IMG/VR virus record: IMGVR_UViG_3300045988_165036
Location: 70,153-134,152 of that record
DNA from: a virus
Direction: 5' to 3' (one strand)
DNA length: 64,000 nucleotides
The translations under genes were made by a program, and so were the position numbers. Each line of letters opens with the position of its first letter. Positions within the stretch are counted from its first letter, which is position 1. Under the pieces are notes generated by a model. It did no database searches and had not been told where the DNA came from. It saw nothing but the letters and a program-made list of their open reading frames with translations. Below are positions 1-10,058 of the stretch, piece after piece.

Positions 1-1134
1 ATTCAATTGACTTTTGAGTGTGAAAATCAAACGCAAGAAATTTCTCTCGGAGTTGATGCTGGAAGTAAACACATTGGCATTTCTGCAACAACAGAGAAAC
101 AAGTTTTGTATGAAGCAGACGTTGAATTAAGAAACGATATCGTAGATAAACTCTCTTCTCGTAGAGAAGCAAGAAGAACGAGAAGAAACAGATTGAGATA
201 TCGTCCCACAAGATTCAACAATCGAGTTCATTCAAAACACAAAGGTTGGCTTGCTCCAAGCATCGAGCAGAAAATCAATTCGCATATTCAGGCAATCAAA
301 AGACTTCATCAAATTCTTCCGATTTCAAAAATTATTGTGGAAACGGCGCAGTTTGATATTCAAAAAATTCAGAATCCAGATATTGAAGGAGAACAATATC
401 AACAAGGTGATCAAATGGGGTTTTGGAATGTACGTGAATATGTGCTTTTCAGAGATGATCACAAGTGTCAGTATTGTAAAGGAAAATCTAAAGACAATCG
501 ATTAAATGTTCATCATATTGAGGGTCGTAAGACGGGCGGAAACGCTCCGAATAATTTAATTACGTTGTGCGAAACCTGCCATAATGATTATCATCAAGGG
601 AAAATTCAGCTAAATATTAAGCGCGGAAAGAGCTTTCGAGATGCGACATTTATGGGCATTATGAGAAAGACATTGTTGTTGAGATTAAGGGAAATATATC
701 CGAATGTTCAAGAAACTTTTGGTTATATTACGAAGAACACCAGAATTGAAAATAGTCTTCCGAAAGAACATTATATAGACGCAAGATGTATTAGTGGAAA
801 TCCTTTAGCAAAACCGTTAGGATATTATCTTTATTAAAAATGTGTTAGAAGACAAAATCGTAAAATGACGAAAGATAATTTTATCAGAGGTGGAGTTAAA
901 AAAAGTAATCAGTTAGTTGGCGATGTCTTCGGATTTGGGTTATTTGATACGGTTGAATATCAAAAGAAGAAGTATTTTGTGTTTGGTAAACGAAAATCTG
1001 GATTTCTGGACATTAGAACACTTGATGGAGAAAAAGCTAACAACGGCTCTATAAGCTACAAAAAACTAAAATTAATTCAAAAGAATAATAATATATTAAC
1101 AGAAAGGAGTTTGTCAATTCCTACGCAACCATAA
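1..1134 (+). pseudogene. iscB: IscB-like OMEGA nuclease (RuvC-I, RRXRR bridge helix, HNH, RuvC-III, C-terminal TID-like tail). The 5' end is cut by the window edge, and there is one in-frame TAA at 835-837.
   Basis: ORFs 7-837 and 865-1134 share one frame and are separated only by TAA. Motifs seen: GVDAGSKHIG, RREARRTRRNRLRYR, IIVETAQFD, CQYC..NVHH..N..CETCH, HYIDA, then RRQNRK...GKRKSGF. The frame is open to position 1. Confidence 0.7.
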
Positions 1135-1344
1135 AGGGATTGCTGTTTCTTTGGCAATAGTATTATGAACGAGGCGGTCAAAGTTGGGTTTTATCCAAAA
1201 GATTTGTTTATACTTTTAGCGAAGAACCGGCTTGTGGCAGATTGGCAAATTCAGAATCAAAAGAACGCAAGAAAGTTTCATAGTTATTTTTGGGTCTTCG
1301 AAAAGTCTGACAAAAAAATAGAATATTAATTTTTGCAAAACCTC

Positions 1345-1373
1345 TTGACAAACAGGAGGTTTTGCGCTATAAT
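1345..1373 (+). promoter_or_regulatory. sigmaA-type promoter, TTGACA-17-TATAAT. The -35 box lies in the loop of an AAAACCTC/GAGGTTTT hairpin (1337-1363).
   Basis: Exact hexamers with a 17-nt spacer, upstream of tnpB copy 1. Confidence 0.6.
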
Positions 1374-1440
1374 AATAGTAGAAATGAAAGATTGGCTTTA
1401 TTTACAAAGGATTTTTGAAAAGGAGAGAAAAAAATGACTA

Positions 1441-2649
1441 TTGTTGACTTTTATAAGAAAGGTGAAAGCGATTATAAAAACAATTCGAGTAATGTTGCTT
1501 CCAAACAACAAACAGCAAACTAAATTATTTCAATATGCCAATACTGCTCGTTTTGCTTATAACTGGGCAATAGGAAGAGAACAAGAAAATTATAAGAATG
1601 GTGGAAAATTTATATCTGATGGAGACTTACGAAAAGAGTTTACACAATTAAAGAAAACTTCTGAATATGCGTGGCTAAACAATGTTTCTAACAATGTAAC
1701 AAAGCAAGCAATTAAAGATGCTTGTGAGGCGTACAAAAATTTCTTTAAGGGAATTACAAAGTCCCCACGATTTAAGAGTAAGAAATATTCAATGCCGAAA
1801 TTCTACCAAGATAATGTAAGAATTCAGTTTACAGACACACATGTAAAGATTGAGGGTTTTGCTACGTCTAAGAAAAAGAATAAGCAAAGACTTAACTGGA
1901 TAAGACTTGCCGAACGCGGAAGAACACCTATTGGAAATACAAAGTATATGAATCCACGCATTAAATATGATGGACTTAATTGGTATATCACAGTTGGAAT
2001 TGAATACGAAAATTCTACCGCTCCTCCAACCAACGAAGGTGTTGGAATCGATTTAGGCATTAAAGATTTGGCAATATGTTCTGACAAGAACAAGTATCAG
2101 AATATAAACAAAACCCAAAGAGTTAAGAAGTTAGAAAAAAGAAAGCGCAGGCTACAACGTTCCATATCAAGAAAATATGAGAATAATAAGAAAGGAGAGC
2201 GTTACTGCAAAACAAGCAATATTATAAAAAGTGAAAAAGAACTTTTAAAATTGAATCACAGACTAACGAATATTCGTCAGAACTACCTACATCAAACAAC
2301 ATCTGAAATTGTAAAACGAAAACCAAGTTTTATCTGTATGGAAGATTTGAATGTGAGTGGAATGATGAAGAATAAACATTTGTCTAAAGCAGTTCAGCAA
2401 CAAGGGTTTTATGAATTTAGGAGACAGATTGAATATAAGTCTGAGTGGAATAACATTCCAGTAATTATAGCAGATAGATTCTTCCCGAGTTCTAAGTTAT
2501 GTAGTTGTTGTGGAAATATCAAAAAGGATTTGAAACTTAGCGACCGCATTTACAAGTGTGAATGTGGAAATATCATAGATAGAGATTATCAAGCAAGTCT
2601 AAATCTGAAAAGACATGGAGAAATGTTATTAGAACAATCTGCATTATAA
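1441..2649 (+). CDS. tnpB: TnpB RNA-guided nuclease (IS200/IS605 OrfB family), copy 1. Probable start is GTG 1462.
   Basis: N-terminal IRVMLLPNNKQQ..FAYNWA. RuvC motifs GIDLGIKD, CMEDLNV, DRDYQASLN. Zinc finger CSCCG..CECG. Confidence 0.9.
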   Translation: MLTFIRKVKAIIKTIRVMLLPNNKQQTKLFQYANTARFAYNWAIGREQENYKNGGKFISDGDLRKEFTQLKKTSEYAWLNNVSNNVTKQAIKDACEAYKNFFKGITKSPRFKSKKYSMPKFYQDNVRIQFTDTHVKIEGFATSKKKNKQRLNWIRLAERGRTPIGNTKYMNPRIKYDGLNWYITVGIEYENSTAPPTNEGVGIDLGIKDLAICSDKNKYQNINKTQRVKKLEKRKRRLQRSISRKYENNKKGERYCKTSNIIKSEKELLKLNHRLTNIRQNYLHQTTSEIVKRKPSFICMEDLNVSGMMKNKHLSKAVQQQGFYEFRRQIEYKSEWNNIPVIIADRFFPSSKLCSCCGNIKKDLKLSDRIYKCECGNIIDRDYQASLNLKRHGEMLLEQSAL

Positions 2650-2818
2650 CACTTTCAAGTTAATGCAGATATGTACTGGCACGTTAGTCAGGAATTTACG
2701 CCTATAGAGTGTACAAGAACTTGTGAGTAGTATATCAGAAATGATTACAAAAGCATATACGATGAAATAGGAATGAAACATAAAAGTTTATAACTTTTTA
2801 TAAGTTTTCAGTAACGGA
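2500..2818 (+). ncRNA. Candidate omega/reRNA scaffold of tnpB copy 1. The guide would start at 2819 and overlap the primase start codon.
   Basis: Position overlaps the 3' end of tnpB plus a 170-nt ORF-free tail. The tail ends in ..CAGTAACGG, like the ..CACAACGG end of the copy-4 element. The boundary is inferred. Confidence 0.35.
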
Positions 2819-2825
2819 AGCCACG

Positions 2826-3836
2826 ATGCTCACAGATGTTAAACAAATGTTAATAGAAAACCCAGAGCACATCGTGGAATTGCTCGAAAGGTTTGAGTTC
2901 TGCCACATCCATCTCAAACGAACAGAAATTCGGTTTGCCCGTAACGAAGAAGGTGGTCAGAACATCTCAATTCGGCTCGAAGATAATCCTTCAATTTATG
3001 TTAAAGATTTCGTAACAAATGAGAACGGCGACATTATCGCGTATATAATGAAAAGTCGTTCGGTGAAGTTTGTCGAAGTCTTGTCGGAAATCAAGAGCGT
3101 TCTCGGGCTTGGAGACGATTGGGAGCCCCCAAAGCGCGATATGTTGTTCGGTGGATTTTATGACCGAATTGGAGAGGATAGACATATTGAGATTACGACG
3201 TATCCCGAATCGATTATGGACCAATATGTCGATAAGGGAAATCGGCGCTGGCTCGATGATAACATTTCACTTGCGGTTCAGCACGAGTTCGGGGTCAGAT
3301 TTGACCCGATAGAAGACCTGATTGTGTTTCCGTGGAGGTCGCCCGTCGGAGGAGAGATTATCGCAGTAAAAGCTCGCGTTAATCACCCGTTGGAAGATGG
3401 TCAACAGAAATATTGGTATGTTTACAAGGGCGCCGTCAGTAATTCTCTTTATGGTATTATGGAGAATTATAGCGGACTGTTTGGAAACGAAATTTGTGTT
3501 GTTGAAAGCGAAAAAGCCGTCCAGCAACTGGCGACAATGGGATATCGAAACACAGTGGCTCTTGGGTCGAGCAATTTGTCAGAGGAGCAGGCTCGGCTAA
3601 TTATGACGCTTTCTCCGACTTCCGTTGTGTTCTTGTTGGACGAAGGACTGGAAAAGGAACACACGATGAAAAATGTGGAAACATTGCGTCAGTATTGCGT
3701 ATTAAGAGATTTGCCGATTCGTTGGTGGAATTGGACGAAAAGCTCGGTTGTTGATGGGAGCGGGAAGAATAGTCCGACCGATTTGGGGAAAGAGAGGTTT
3801 GACAAGGTTATGAGAGAGGAGCTAGAAGTGATTTAA
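2826..3836 (+). CDS. DnaG-like Toprim primase
   Basis: Toprim-like VVESEKAVQQL ... VVFLLDEGLEKE. Sits directly upstream of the polymerase. Confidence 0.6.
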   Translation: MLTDVKQMLIENPEHIVELLERFEFCHIHLKRTEIRFARNEEGGQNISIRLEDNPSIYVKDFVTNENGDIIAYIMKSRSVKFVEVLSEIKSVLGLGDDWEPPKRDMLFGGFYDRIGEDRHIEITTYPESIMDQYVDKGNRRWLDDNISLAVQHEFGVRFDPIEDLIVFPWRSPVGGEIIAVKARVNHPLEDGQQKYWYVYKGAVSNSLYGIMENYSGLFGNEICVVESEKAVQQLATMGYRNTVALGSSNLSEEQARLIMTLSPTSVVFLLDEGLEKEHTMKNVETLRQYCVLRDLPIRWWNWTKSSVVDGSGKNSPTDLGKERFDKVMREELEVI

Positions 3837-4795
3837 TGGGCGCATTTAAAGATATAACTGGACAGCAATTCGGAGACTTCATCATCGACTCTTTTGACCC
3901 GACAAAAGGTAAGTATAAATATTATTGGAATTGTCATTGTGTAAAATGTGGTTATAAAAAATCAGTAGAAGGAAGCAGTATTAGAGCCGGAAATAGTACA
4001 AGATGTATTTGTGATAAGTCTTTTGGACGAAGAGAAAGTCTCGGATACGAAAAAGATATATCTGGAAAAGTTTATGGTGGTTTAACTGTTTTGGGCTATT
4101 GCGACACGAAAAGCACACGTTCAAGATGGCTGTGTAAATGCAATTGTGGGAACGAGGAAGTTTTTAGTATTTCACAATTAAAAAGAAGAAAAAATCTGAT
4201 GTGTTCCCAATGTGTGGAAAAATATAAAGATATAAGAAATGTGATTTCAGAAGAAAATTTAGACTCTAATGGGATTCCAATAAATATTGTTCAATCTACT
4301 CAAAGAAAACAAAACAAATATGAAATTCAAAACGATGAGACTATTATCAACGATAAAATTATTGTAGATAGTAAGTTTATGGATTGTTTGAAATCATTCG
4401 ATAGATACATTAGTATAGACAGCCGTGGATATGCATATTTTTCATATTGTGGTCAAGATGTATATTTACACAGACTTTTGACAAACACCTCATTATTTTT
4501 CGATACGAATGGCAAAGACATAGAAATAATCGATCATATAAACAGAAATAGATGCGATAACAGAATTGAAAATTTAAGAACGATTAAAAAATCTGAAAAC
4601 TCCATCAATTGTTCAGTATATTCAAATAATAAAAGTGGGTATAAAGGTATTTCTTGGCTTGAAAGATTACAAAAATGGCAAGTGAACATTCAATACAGAA
4701 AGATAAATTATTATGTTGGCGTGTTTGAAAATATTGATGATGCAATTTTAGCAAGAAAACGAGCAGAAATGGATTTATTTGGAAAGGTGAATTAA
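3836..4795 (+). CDS. Free-standing HNH homing endonuclease with an AP2-like C-terminal domain
   Basis: DHINRNRCDNRIENLR..K.EN (HNH), then YKGISW...WQVNI..YVGVF...A..AR (AP2-like). Confidence 0.7.
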   Translation: MGAFKDITGQQFGDFIIDSFDPTKGKYKYYWNCHCVKCGYKKSVEGSSIRAGNSTRCICDKSFGRRESLGYEKDISGKVYGGLTVLGYCDTKSTRSRWLCKCNCGNEEVFSISQLKRRKNLMCSQCVEKYKDIRNVISEENLDSNGIPINIVQSTQRKQNKYEIQNDETIINDKIIVDSKFMDCLKSFDRYISIDSRGYAYFSYCGQDVYLHRLLTNTSLFFDTNGKDIEIIDHINRNRCDNRIENLRTIKKSENSINCSVYSNNKSGYKGISWLERLQKWQVNIQYRKINYYVGVFENIDDAILARKRAEMDLFGKVN

Positions 4796-4797
4796 AA

Positions 4798-7700
4798 ATG
4801 CAAAATCTTCATCGGCATACTTCGTATTCAAATGTTTGTATTGCAGATTCTGCGGCAACAAATGAACAATATGCCAAAAGAGCGGTAGAATTGGGTCACA
4901 AAGTAATTAGTAGCGTCGAGCACGGGTGGCAGGGATATTATTATCAATGTTATGAACTTGCTCAAAAATATAATCTCAAATTTGTTTTTGGAGCAGAGGC
5001 ATATTGGGTAAAAGACAGGAAAAAAGAATATGAAGAAATTGATCCATTGACAGGAGAACCGTTAAAAAATAAAGACGGAACAATAAAGGCGCATAAAGAT
5101 AACTCTAATTGTCATATATTACTTCTTGCAAAAACAGAAATCGGAAGACGCGCCATCAACAAAATTCTTTCAGAGGCAAACGAAACGGGGTATTATTTTA
5201 GACCCCGTGTCGATCTCGAACTTCTTCTTTCCCTCCCTCCTGACGATGTGGTCGTAACAACTGCTTGTGTGGCATATTGGAAATATGAAGATATCGAAGA
5301 TATTACTCTTCGGTTGTGGAAACATTTTGGAAAAAACTTTTATCTGGAGATCCAAGCGCATAAAACAGAACAACAGAGAGAAATCTCCCGTAGAATTCTT
5401 TCCTTGTCGCGAAGATATGGAATTGAAATGATTGTTGGTCTTGACAGTCATTACATTTATCCGGAACAGGCACAGGAGAGAGAATATATTCTTGAAGCAA
5501 AAGACGTCCATTATAAAGACGAAGAGGGGTGGTATATGGACTATCCCGACGACGAAGAGGTTATGAGACGTTTTATGGAGCAAGGAGTTTTTACAAGGGA
5601 ACAGGTTCAAAGAGCGATGGATAACACGGACATCTCTCTAACGTTTGATGATTATGCAAAAGACAATCCTGTTTTCAGCAAAGATATTAAACTTCCTACT
5701 CTTTATCCGAATCTTTCACAAGAAGAAAGAAACAAAAAATATAGTGTTCTGATTAGTAAGCTTTTTAGAGAGTATGCAGAGAAACATCACATTACGGGAG
5801 AAGAGTATAAGAGATATCTTGAAGGAATCAAAATGGAAGTTCAGACGGTTAAAGATACCGGAATGGCCGATTACTTCCTTCTCGACTATGAAATCGTCAA
5901 AAGAGCGATTGAAAAAGGGGGCGTTTTGACAGACAGTGGAAGAGGATGTTTTACGTCTGACGCAATGGCTTTAACGATGGGCGGAATCAAACATATTAAC
6001 GAAGTTAAAGTTGGAGATTTTGTAATAGATCAAAACGGAAATCCGCAAAAAGTTGTTAACACAATGGAATATGATTGCGATGAGGAAATAGTTCAACTTC
6101 TTTATGCATATGGACCAAATACTCATAATCCATTGATTTGCACAAAAGATCACAAGATCTTGATTCATAGAAACGGGCAAAATTCTTGGATTGAAGCCGG
6201 GAAAATTCAGCAAGGAGACTATGTTTGTTCTCCGAAAATTCATTTCGAAAATCGAGCACCTGAATATATTGATTTAAATGATTATAATGTTTTTGGGTAT
6301 GATTTTGACGACGAATACATTTACGAATATCGTCCAGCTGCAAATGGTGTTGTTGAATTTAACTCCATTGATGTTTCTAAACACATTGGATGTTCCAAGC
6401 CGTGGGTTTTGCAAGTCGTTAAAAATCCTAATCGCACGAAGTTTAAGCATCCCGAATATGTGGACAGATTATTGAAATATACCGGATTTAGTTCTCTTCA
6501 AGAATATAGGGATTATTTAAAAAACTCTCATGTTATCAAGATTAAGAGATTTATAAAAAACGACGAGCTGTTCAACACGTGGATTGGTATGATGTATGGC
6601 GATGGATGGGTTCGCGGCGCGAAAGAATCTACAGAGGTTGGAATGGCGTTTTCTACCTATGGACACAAACAGTCTTACAACAGAGAGATTTGTATTAAAA
6701 TGATCGAACGTTTTGGTGCTCCGTATAATTGTGCCATCCATAAAACAAAACAATTGGAACAAATTATTATGAAGAGCCGCATCGTTAATGAATTTTGTAA
6801 AAATTTTCTATTCACAAGTAAGAAGGGAAAGGCAAAAATCTTTAATCAAGATTTATTTTATCAATCCGAAAATAACTTAAGCGCGCTATTAAACGGTTTA
6901 ACGATTACTGATGGGAGCATGGGAAAAGAAAAAAGAAGAGACAGCTTTGACAACACGTCTCAAAGCATTGTTGGAGCATATAAAATTTTAGTGTCGGCAG
7001 TCTCTCCTTGCCCCACAAGTCTGCTTGTCAGAAACGCATACGAAGATAGTAGAGGATATCATTCTCAGACTGGTTATAAAATAAGAGTTATGAAAGATAC
7101 GGACACTCATGTGCTTTCGGCGTATAGAACTCTTTCTGACAACAACTATGTTTATCTTCCTGTTTCTCAAATTAAGGCAATTGAGAAAAGCAAACGAAAA
7201 GTATATGACATTACCGTTGAAAATTCCCACAGTTATGTATTAGATAGCATAGTTGTTCATAATTCATCAGTTGGATATTTCACAAACACTCTTCTTGGTT
7301 TTTCAAAAGTCGATAGATTTCAAAGTCCGATAACTCTTTATCCTGAACGATTTATTAGTAAAACAAGAATTCTAGAAACCCATTCTCTTCCAGATATTGA
7401 TATGAACTGGGGAACCCCCGAAATTGCAGAAGAAGCACAGAAAGAAATTCTTGGAGACGACCACGCAATTCCAATGATCGCCTTCGGAACCTGTAAAAAG
7501 AAGTCGGCGTTTAAATTGTTCGCTCGTTCTCAAAATATGGATTTCGAACTGGCAAACACCATCTCTTCGCAAATTGCAGATTATGAAGAAGCAGTTAAAA
7601 ACGCAGAAGATGATGATAAAGATCAGATTGATATTTATGATTTTGTAGATAAAAAATATTCCAACTATATTGAACAGAGCAAAAAGTATTGGGGCATTAT

Positions 7701-9402
7701 TATGGATAAGAAGAAAGCTCCTTGTGCCTTTCTTCTTTATCAAGGCAATATCCGAGAAGAAATTGGTCTGATTAAATGTAAGTCGGAATCAACAGGAAAA
7801 GAATTTTTAACAGCCGTTGTAGACGGAGCGATTGCAGAAAATTATAAATTTCTAAAAAACGATATTCTTTGTGTAAGTATTGTTCTTTTGGTTGATAAGA
7901 TTTATCGTAGAATTGGAATTCCGCACAAAACGGTTGAAGAACTGAAAGATTTCGTTAAAAACGATCCAAAAACTTGGGACATTTATAAAAACGGATATAC
8001 TCTTGGGGTTAATCAGTGTGAGCAAGTAAGTTCTGCAAAGAAAATGATGCGCTTTCAAGCAAAAAACATTTCAGAACTTTCGGCGTGGATTGCCGCAATT
8101 CGCCCTGCTTTCAAGTCGATGTACTCCAAGTTTGAATCGAGGGAATCTTTTAGTTATGGAATTCCTGCCTTTGACAAACTCCTACAGACAGAAGAACTTC
8201 CGCAGTCGTGGATTTTGTATCAGGAGCAGTCGATGTCTGTTCTTTCGTATGCAGGATTTCCGATGGATGAATGTTATGGAATCATAAAGGCAATTGCTAA
8301 AAAACACCCCGAAAAGGTTCGTCCGTTGAAGGATAGATTTATCGAAGGATTCAAAAAGAGGATTGTTACAGAGGAAGGAATTGAAGAAACTCAAGCGCAG
8401 GAAATGAGCGAACGGGTTTGGCAAATCATCAACGACTCTTGCGGGTACGGTTTCAATTCTGCTCACGCATATTGTATGGCAATCGATAGTCTTTCTTGCG
8501 CAATGTTGAAAGCGAATTATCCATACGAATTTTATGAGGTGCTTTTACAGTTCCATTCAGATAGAGGAGAAAAAGATAAGGTTGGCGCTCTAAAAGCGGA
8601 AATGAAAAAGGCTTTTGGAATTCAAGAAGGTCCATATCGATTTGGAGAAGATAACCGAAAGTTTAATGCAATTCCGGAAAGAGGAATTATTCAACCGTCT
8701 CTCTTGTCAATTAAGGGATTGAGTCAGGATTTGGCAAACGACCTTTATGAACTTTCTAAAACAAAACGATTCGATAATTTTATAGACCTGTTGAGAGAAT
8801 TCGATCATATGAAATCAATGAATGTTGCGAAGTTGGATACATTGATTAAACTCAATTATTTCTCGCAATTCGCACCTATTGGAAAACTTCTGAACATTGT
8901 CGAGCTCTATAATAAGTTCGGAACCAGCAAAACACTCAAAGAATCTGACGTTTTGTCTCTTCCAACGCCTATTCAAGAAGTTATTGCAAAATATACCGTT
9001 AAACCGAAAACACAGTATAAAATCACAGATAGCGACGGAATGCTCCGGGAACTCGCGGGGTTGGTTGGAGAACGCCCGATTACGATGATGATGCGGCTGG
9101 AATGGGAGCAACAGTATTTGGGTTATTGCGCTTCTACCGACCCATCGCAACAGGGAAGTTGGTTAGTTCTGGACGCCGATACTAAATATTCTCCGAAGTT
9201 GACAATTTTTTCTATTTGGAGTGGAGAACAGCGTGTTGTTAAAGTCTCGAAGCGCGACTTCCAATCCAATCCTCTCACCAAAGGTGATACAATTCGTCTG
9301 ACTATCGAACAACGTCCGAAGGCGAAGCTCGTAGATGGACAGTGGGTTAAGGACGAAAACGTTAAAGAAGATTGGCTAAAATATTATTCAATTGTAAAGT
9401 AA
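4798..9402 (+). CDS. dnaE: DNA polymerase III alpha-type replicase (PHP + DnaE core) interrupted by an intein
   Basis: PHP N-terminus HRHTSYS..VEHG. The GRG|SSVGYF junction corresponds to the DnaE GRGSAAGS motif. Overall size and order match DnaE. Confidence 0.9.
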   Translation: MQNLHRHTSYSNVCIADSAATNEQYAKRAVELGHKVISSVEHGWQGYYYQCYELAQKYNLKFVFGAEAYWVKDRKKEYEEIDPLTGEPLKNKDGTIKAHKDNSNCHILLLAKTEIGRRAINKILSEANETGYYFRPRVDLELLLSLPPDDVVVTTACVAYWKYEDIEDITLRLWKHFGKNFYLEIQAHKTEQQREISRRILSLSRRYGIEMIVGLDSHYIYPEQAQEREYILEAKDVHYKDEEGWYMDYPDDEEVMRRFMEQGVFTREQVQRAMDNTDISLTFDDYAKDNPVFSKDIKLPTLYPNLSQEERNKKYSVLISKLFREYAEKHHITGEEYKRYLEGIKMEVQTVKDTGMADYFLLDYEIVKRAIEKGGVLTDSGRGCFTSDAMALTMGGIKHINEVKVGDFVIDQNGNPQKVVNTMEYDCDEEIVQLLYAYGPNTHNPLICTKDHKILIHRNGQNSWIEAGKIQQGDYVCSPKIHFENRAPEYIDLNDYNVFGYDFDDEYIYEYRPAANGVVEFNSIDVSKHIGCSKPWVLQVVKNPNRTKFKHPEYVDRLLKYTGFSSLQEYRDYLKNSHVIKIKRFIKNDELFNTWIGMMYGDGWVRGAKESTEVGMAFSTYGHKQSYNREICIKMIERFGAPYNCAIHKTKQLEQIIMKSRIVNEFCKNFLFTSKKGKAKIFNQDLFYQSENNLSALLNGLTITDGSMGKEKRRDSFDNTSQSIVGAYKILVSAVSPCPTSLLVRNAYEDSRGYHSQTGYKIRVMKDTDTHVLSAYRTLSDNNYVYLPVSQIKAIEKSKRKVYDITVENSHSYVLDSIVVHNSSVGYFTNTLLGFSKVDRFQSPITLYPERFISKTRILETHSLPDIDMNWGTPEIAEEAQKEILGDDHAIPMIAFGTCKKKSAFKLFARSQNMDFELANTISSQIADYEEAVKNAEDDDKDQIDIYDFVDKKYSNYIEQSKKYWGIIMDKKKAPCAFLLYQGNIREEIGLIKCKSESTGKEFLTAVVDGAIAENYKFLKNDILCVSIVLLVDKIYRRIGIPHKTVEELKDFVKNDPKTWDIYKNGYTLGVNQCEQVSSAKKMMRFQAKNISELSAWIAAIRPAFKSMYSKFESRESFSYGIPAFDKLLQTEELPQSWILYQEQSMSVLSYAGFPMDECYGIIKAIAKKHPEKVRPLKDRFIEGFKKRIVTEEGIEETQAQEMSERVWQIINDSCGYGFNSAHAYCMAIDSLSCAMLKANYPYEFYEVLLQFHSDRGEKDKVGALKAEMKKAFGIQEGPYRFGEDNRKFNAIPERGIIQPSLLSIKGLSQDLANDLYELSKTKRFDNFIDLLREFDHMKSMNVAKLDTLIKLNYFSQFAPIGKLLNIVELYNKFGTSKTLKESDVLSLPTPIQEVIAKYTVKPKTQYKITDSDGMLRELAGLVGERPITMMMRLEWEQQYLGYCASTDPSQQGSWLVLDADTKYSPKLTIFSIWSGEQRVVKVSKRDFQSNPLTKGDTIRLTIEQRPKAKLVDGQWVKDENVKEDWLKYYSIVK
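5947..7263 (+). mobile_element. Intein (439 aa) with a LAGLIDADG homing endonuclease
   Basis: Starts at Cys (GRG|CFTSDAMAL) and ends VVHN|S. Two LAGLIDADG-like blocks: WIGMMYGDGW and LLNGLTITDGS. Confidence 0.85.
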
Positions 9403-9452
9403 AGGAGAAAAGTTTATGAATGATTCACTAAAGTGGAATAGGAGGGCGAGCA

Positions 9453-9780
9453 ATGGAGCAGGTACATTAACGCGGACACTTTTCAAAAGTTTCTCGAAGA
9501 CAAAATTGAAGAAGCAAAACTTGACGAGGAGAACAGTTGCGGGGATGTATGCTACGATATGGCAGTCGAGGCAATAGAGTGTGCCTTTAGAGAGATATTG
9601 TCGGAATTAAAAAACGAGCCAACCGCCGACGTAGAAGAAATTAAACACGCTAAATGGGAAATGATCGGCAATTATAAGGTCGAATGTACAAATTGTCATC
9701 ACATTAGAGACATCAAAACACAATGCGGTTGGAATTTCTGCCCAGCTTGCGGCGCGAAGATGATGGAGGAAGAAAAATGA
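9453..9780 (+). CDS. Zn-ribbon small protein with an apparent +1 frameshift after codon 3
   Basis: ATG GAG CAG G|TAC ATT AAC: the long frame (..YINADTFQKF..ADVEEIKHAKW..CxxC..CxxCGAKM) has no start of its own. Paralog of 10381-10692. Confidence 0.45.
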
Positions 9781-10058
9781 CAAACAAAGAAGCGATAAAA
9801 TGTATTGAGAAACACAATGAACACCACAGCAAAAGCGAGCCATTCGCAGTCTATATAACGGAGGCATTAGCAATGGGGGTTGAAGCTCTCGAAAAACAGA
9901 TTCCGAAAAAACCAAAACCAGACAAGGAATACCTTCTTGACAGAGTATGCCCCAGATGCGGTTGTTATCTTGGAAATGTGCAATTTGTACCGAATAATTA
10001 TCTTTATTGTCAACGGTGCGGTCAAGCGTTAGATTTGAGTGAAGAAAATGAGAAATAA
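9777..10058 (+). CDS. Hypothetical Zn-ribbon protein
   Basis: ATGA overlap with the upstream gene. CPRCG..CQRCG. Confidence 0.55.
   Translation: MTNKEAIKCIEKHNEHHSKSEPFAVYITEALAMGVEALEKQIPKKPKPDKEYLLDRVCPRCGCYLGNVQFVPNNYLYCQRCGQALDLSEENEK

Noticed and set aside
1135-1440. tnpB copy 1 as another IStron
   Set aside because: The 300 nt upstream contain a sigmaA promoter but none of the group I core strings (no ..ATATAGTC.., no AGGTCGCTTAC). No interrupted host gene can be reconstructed across the element.
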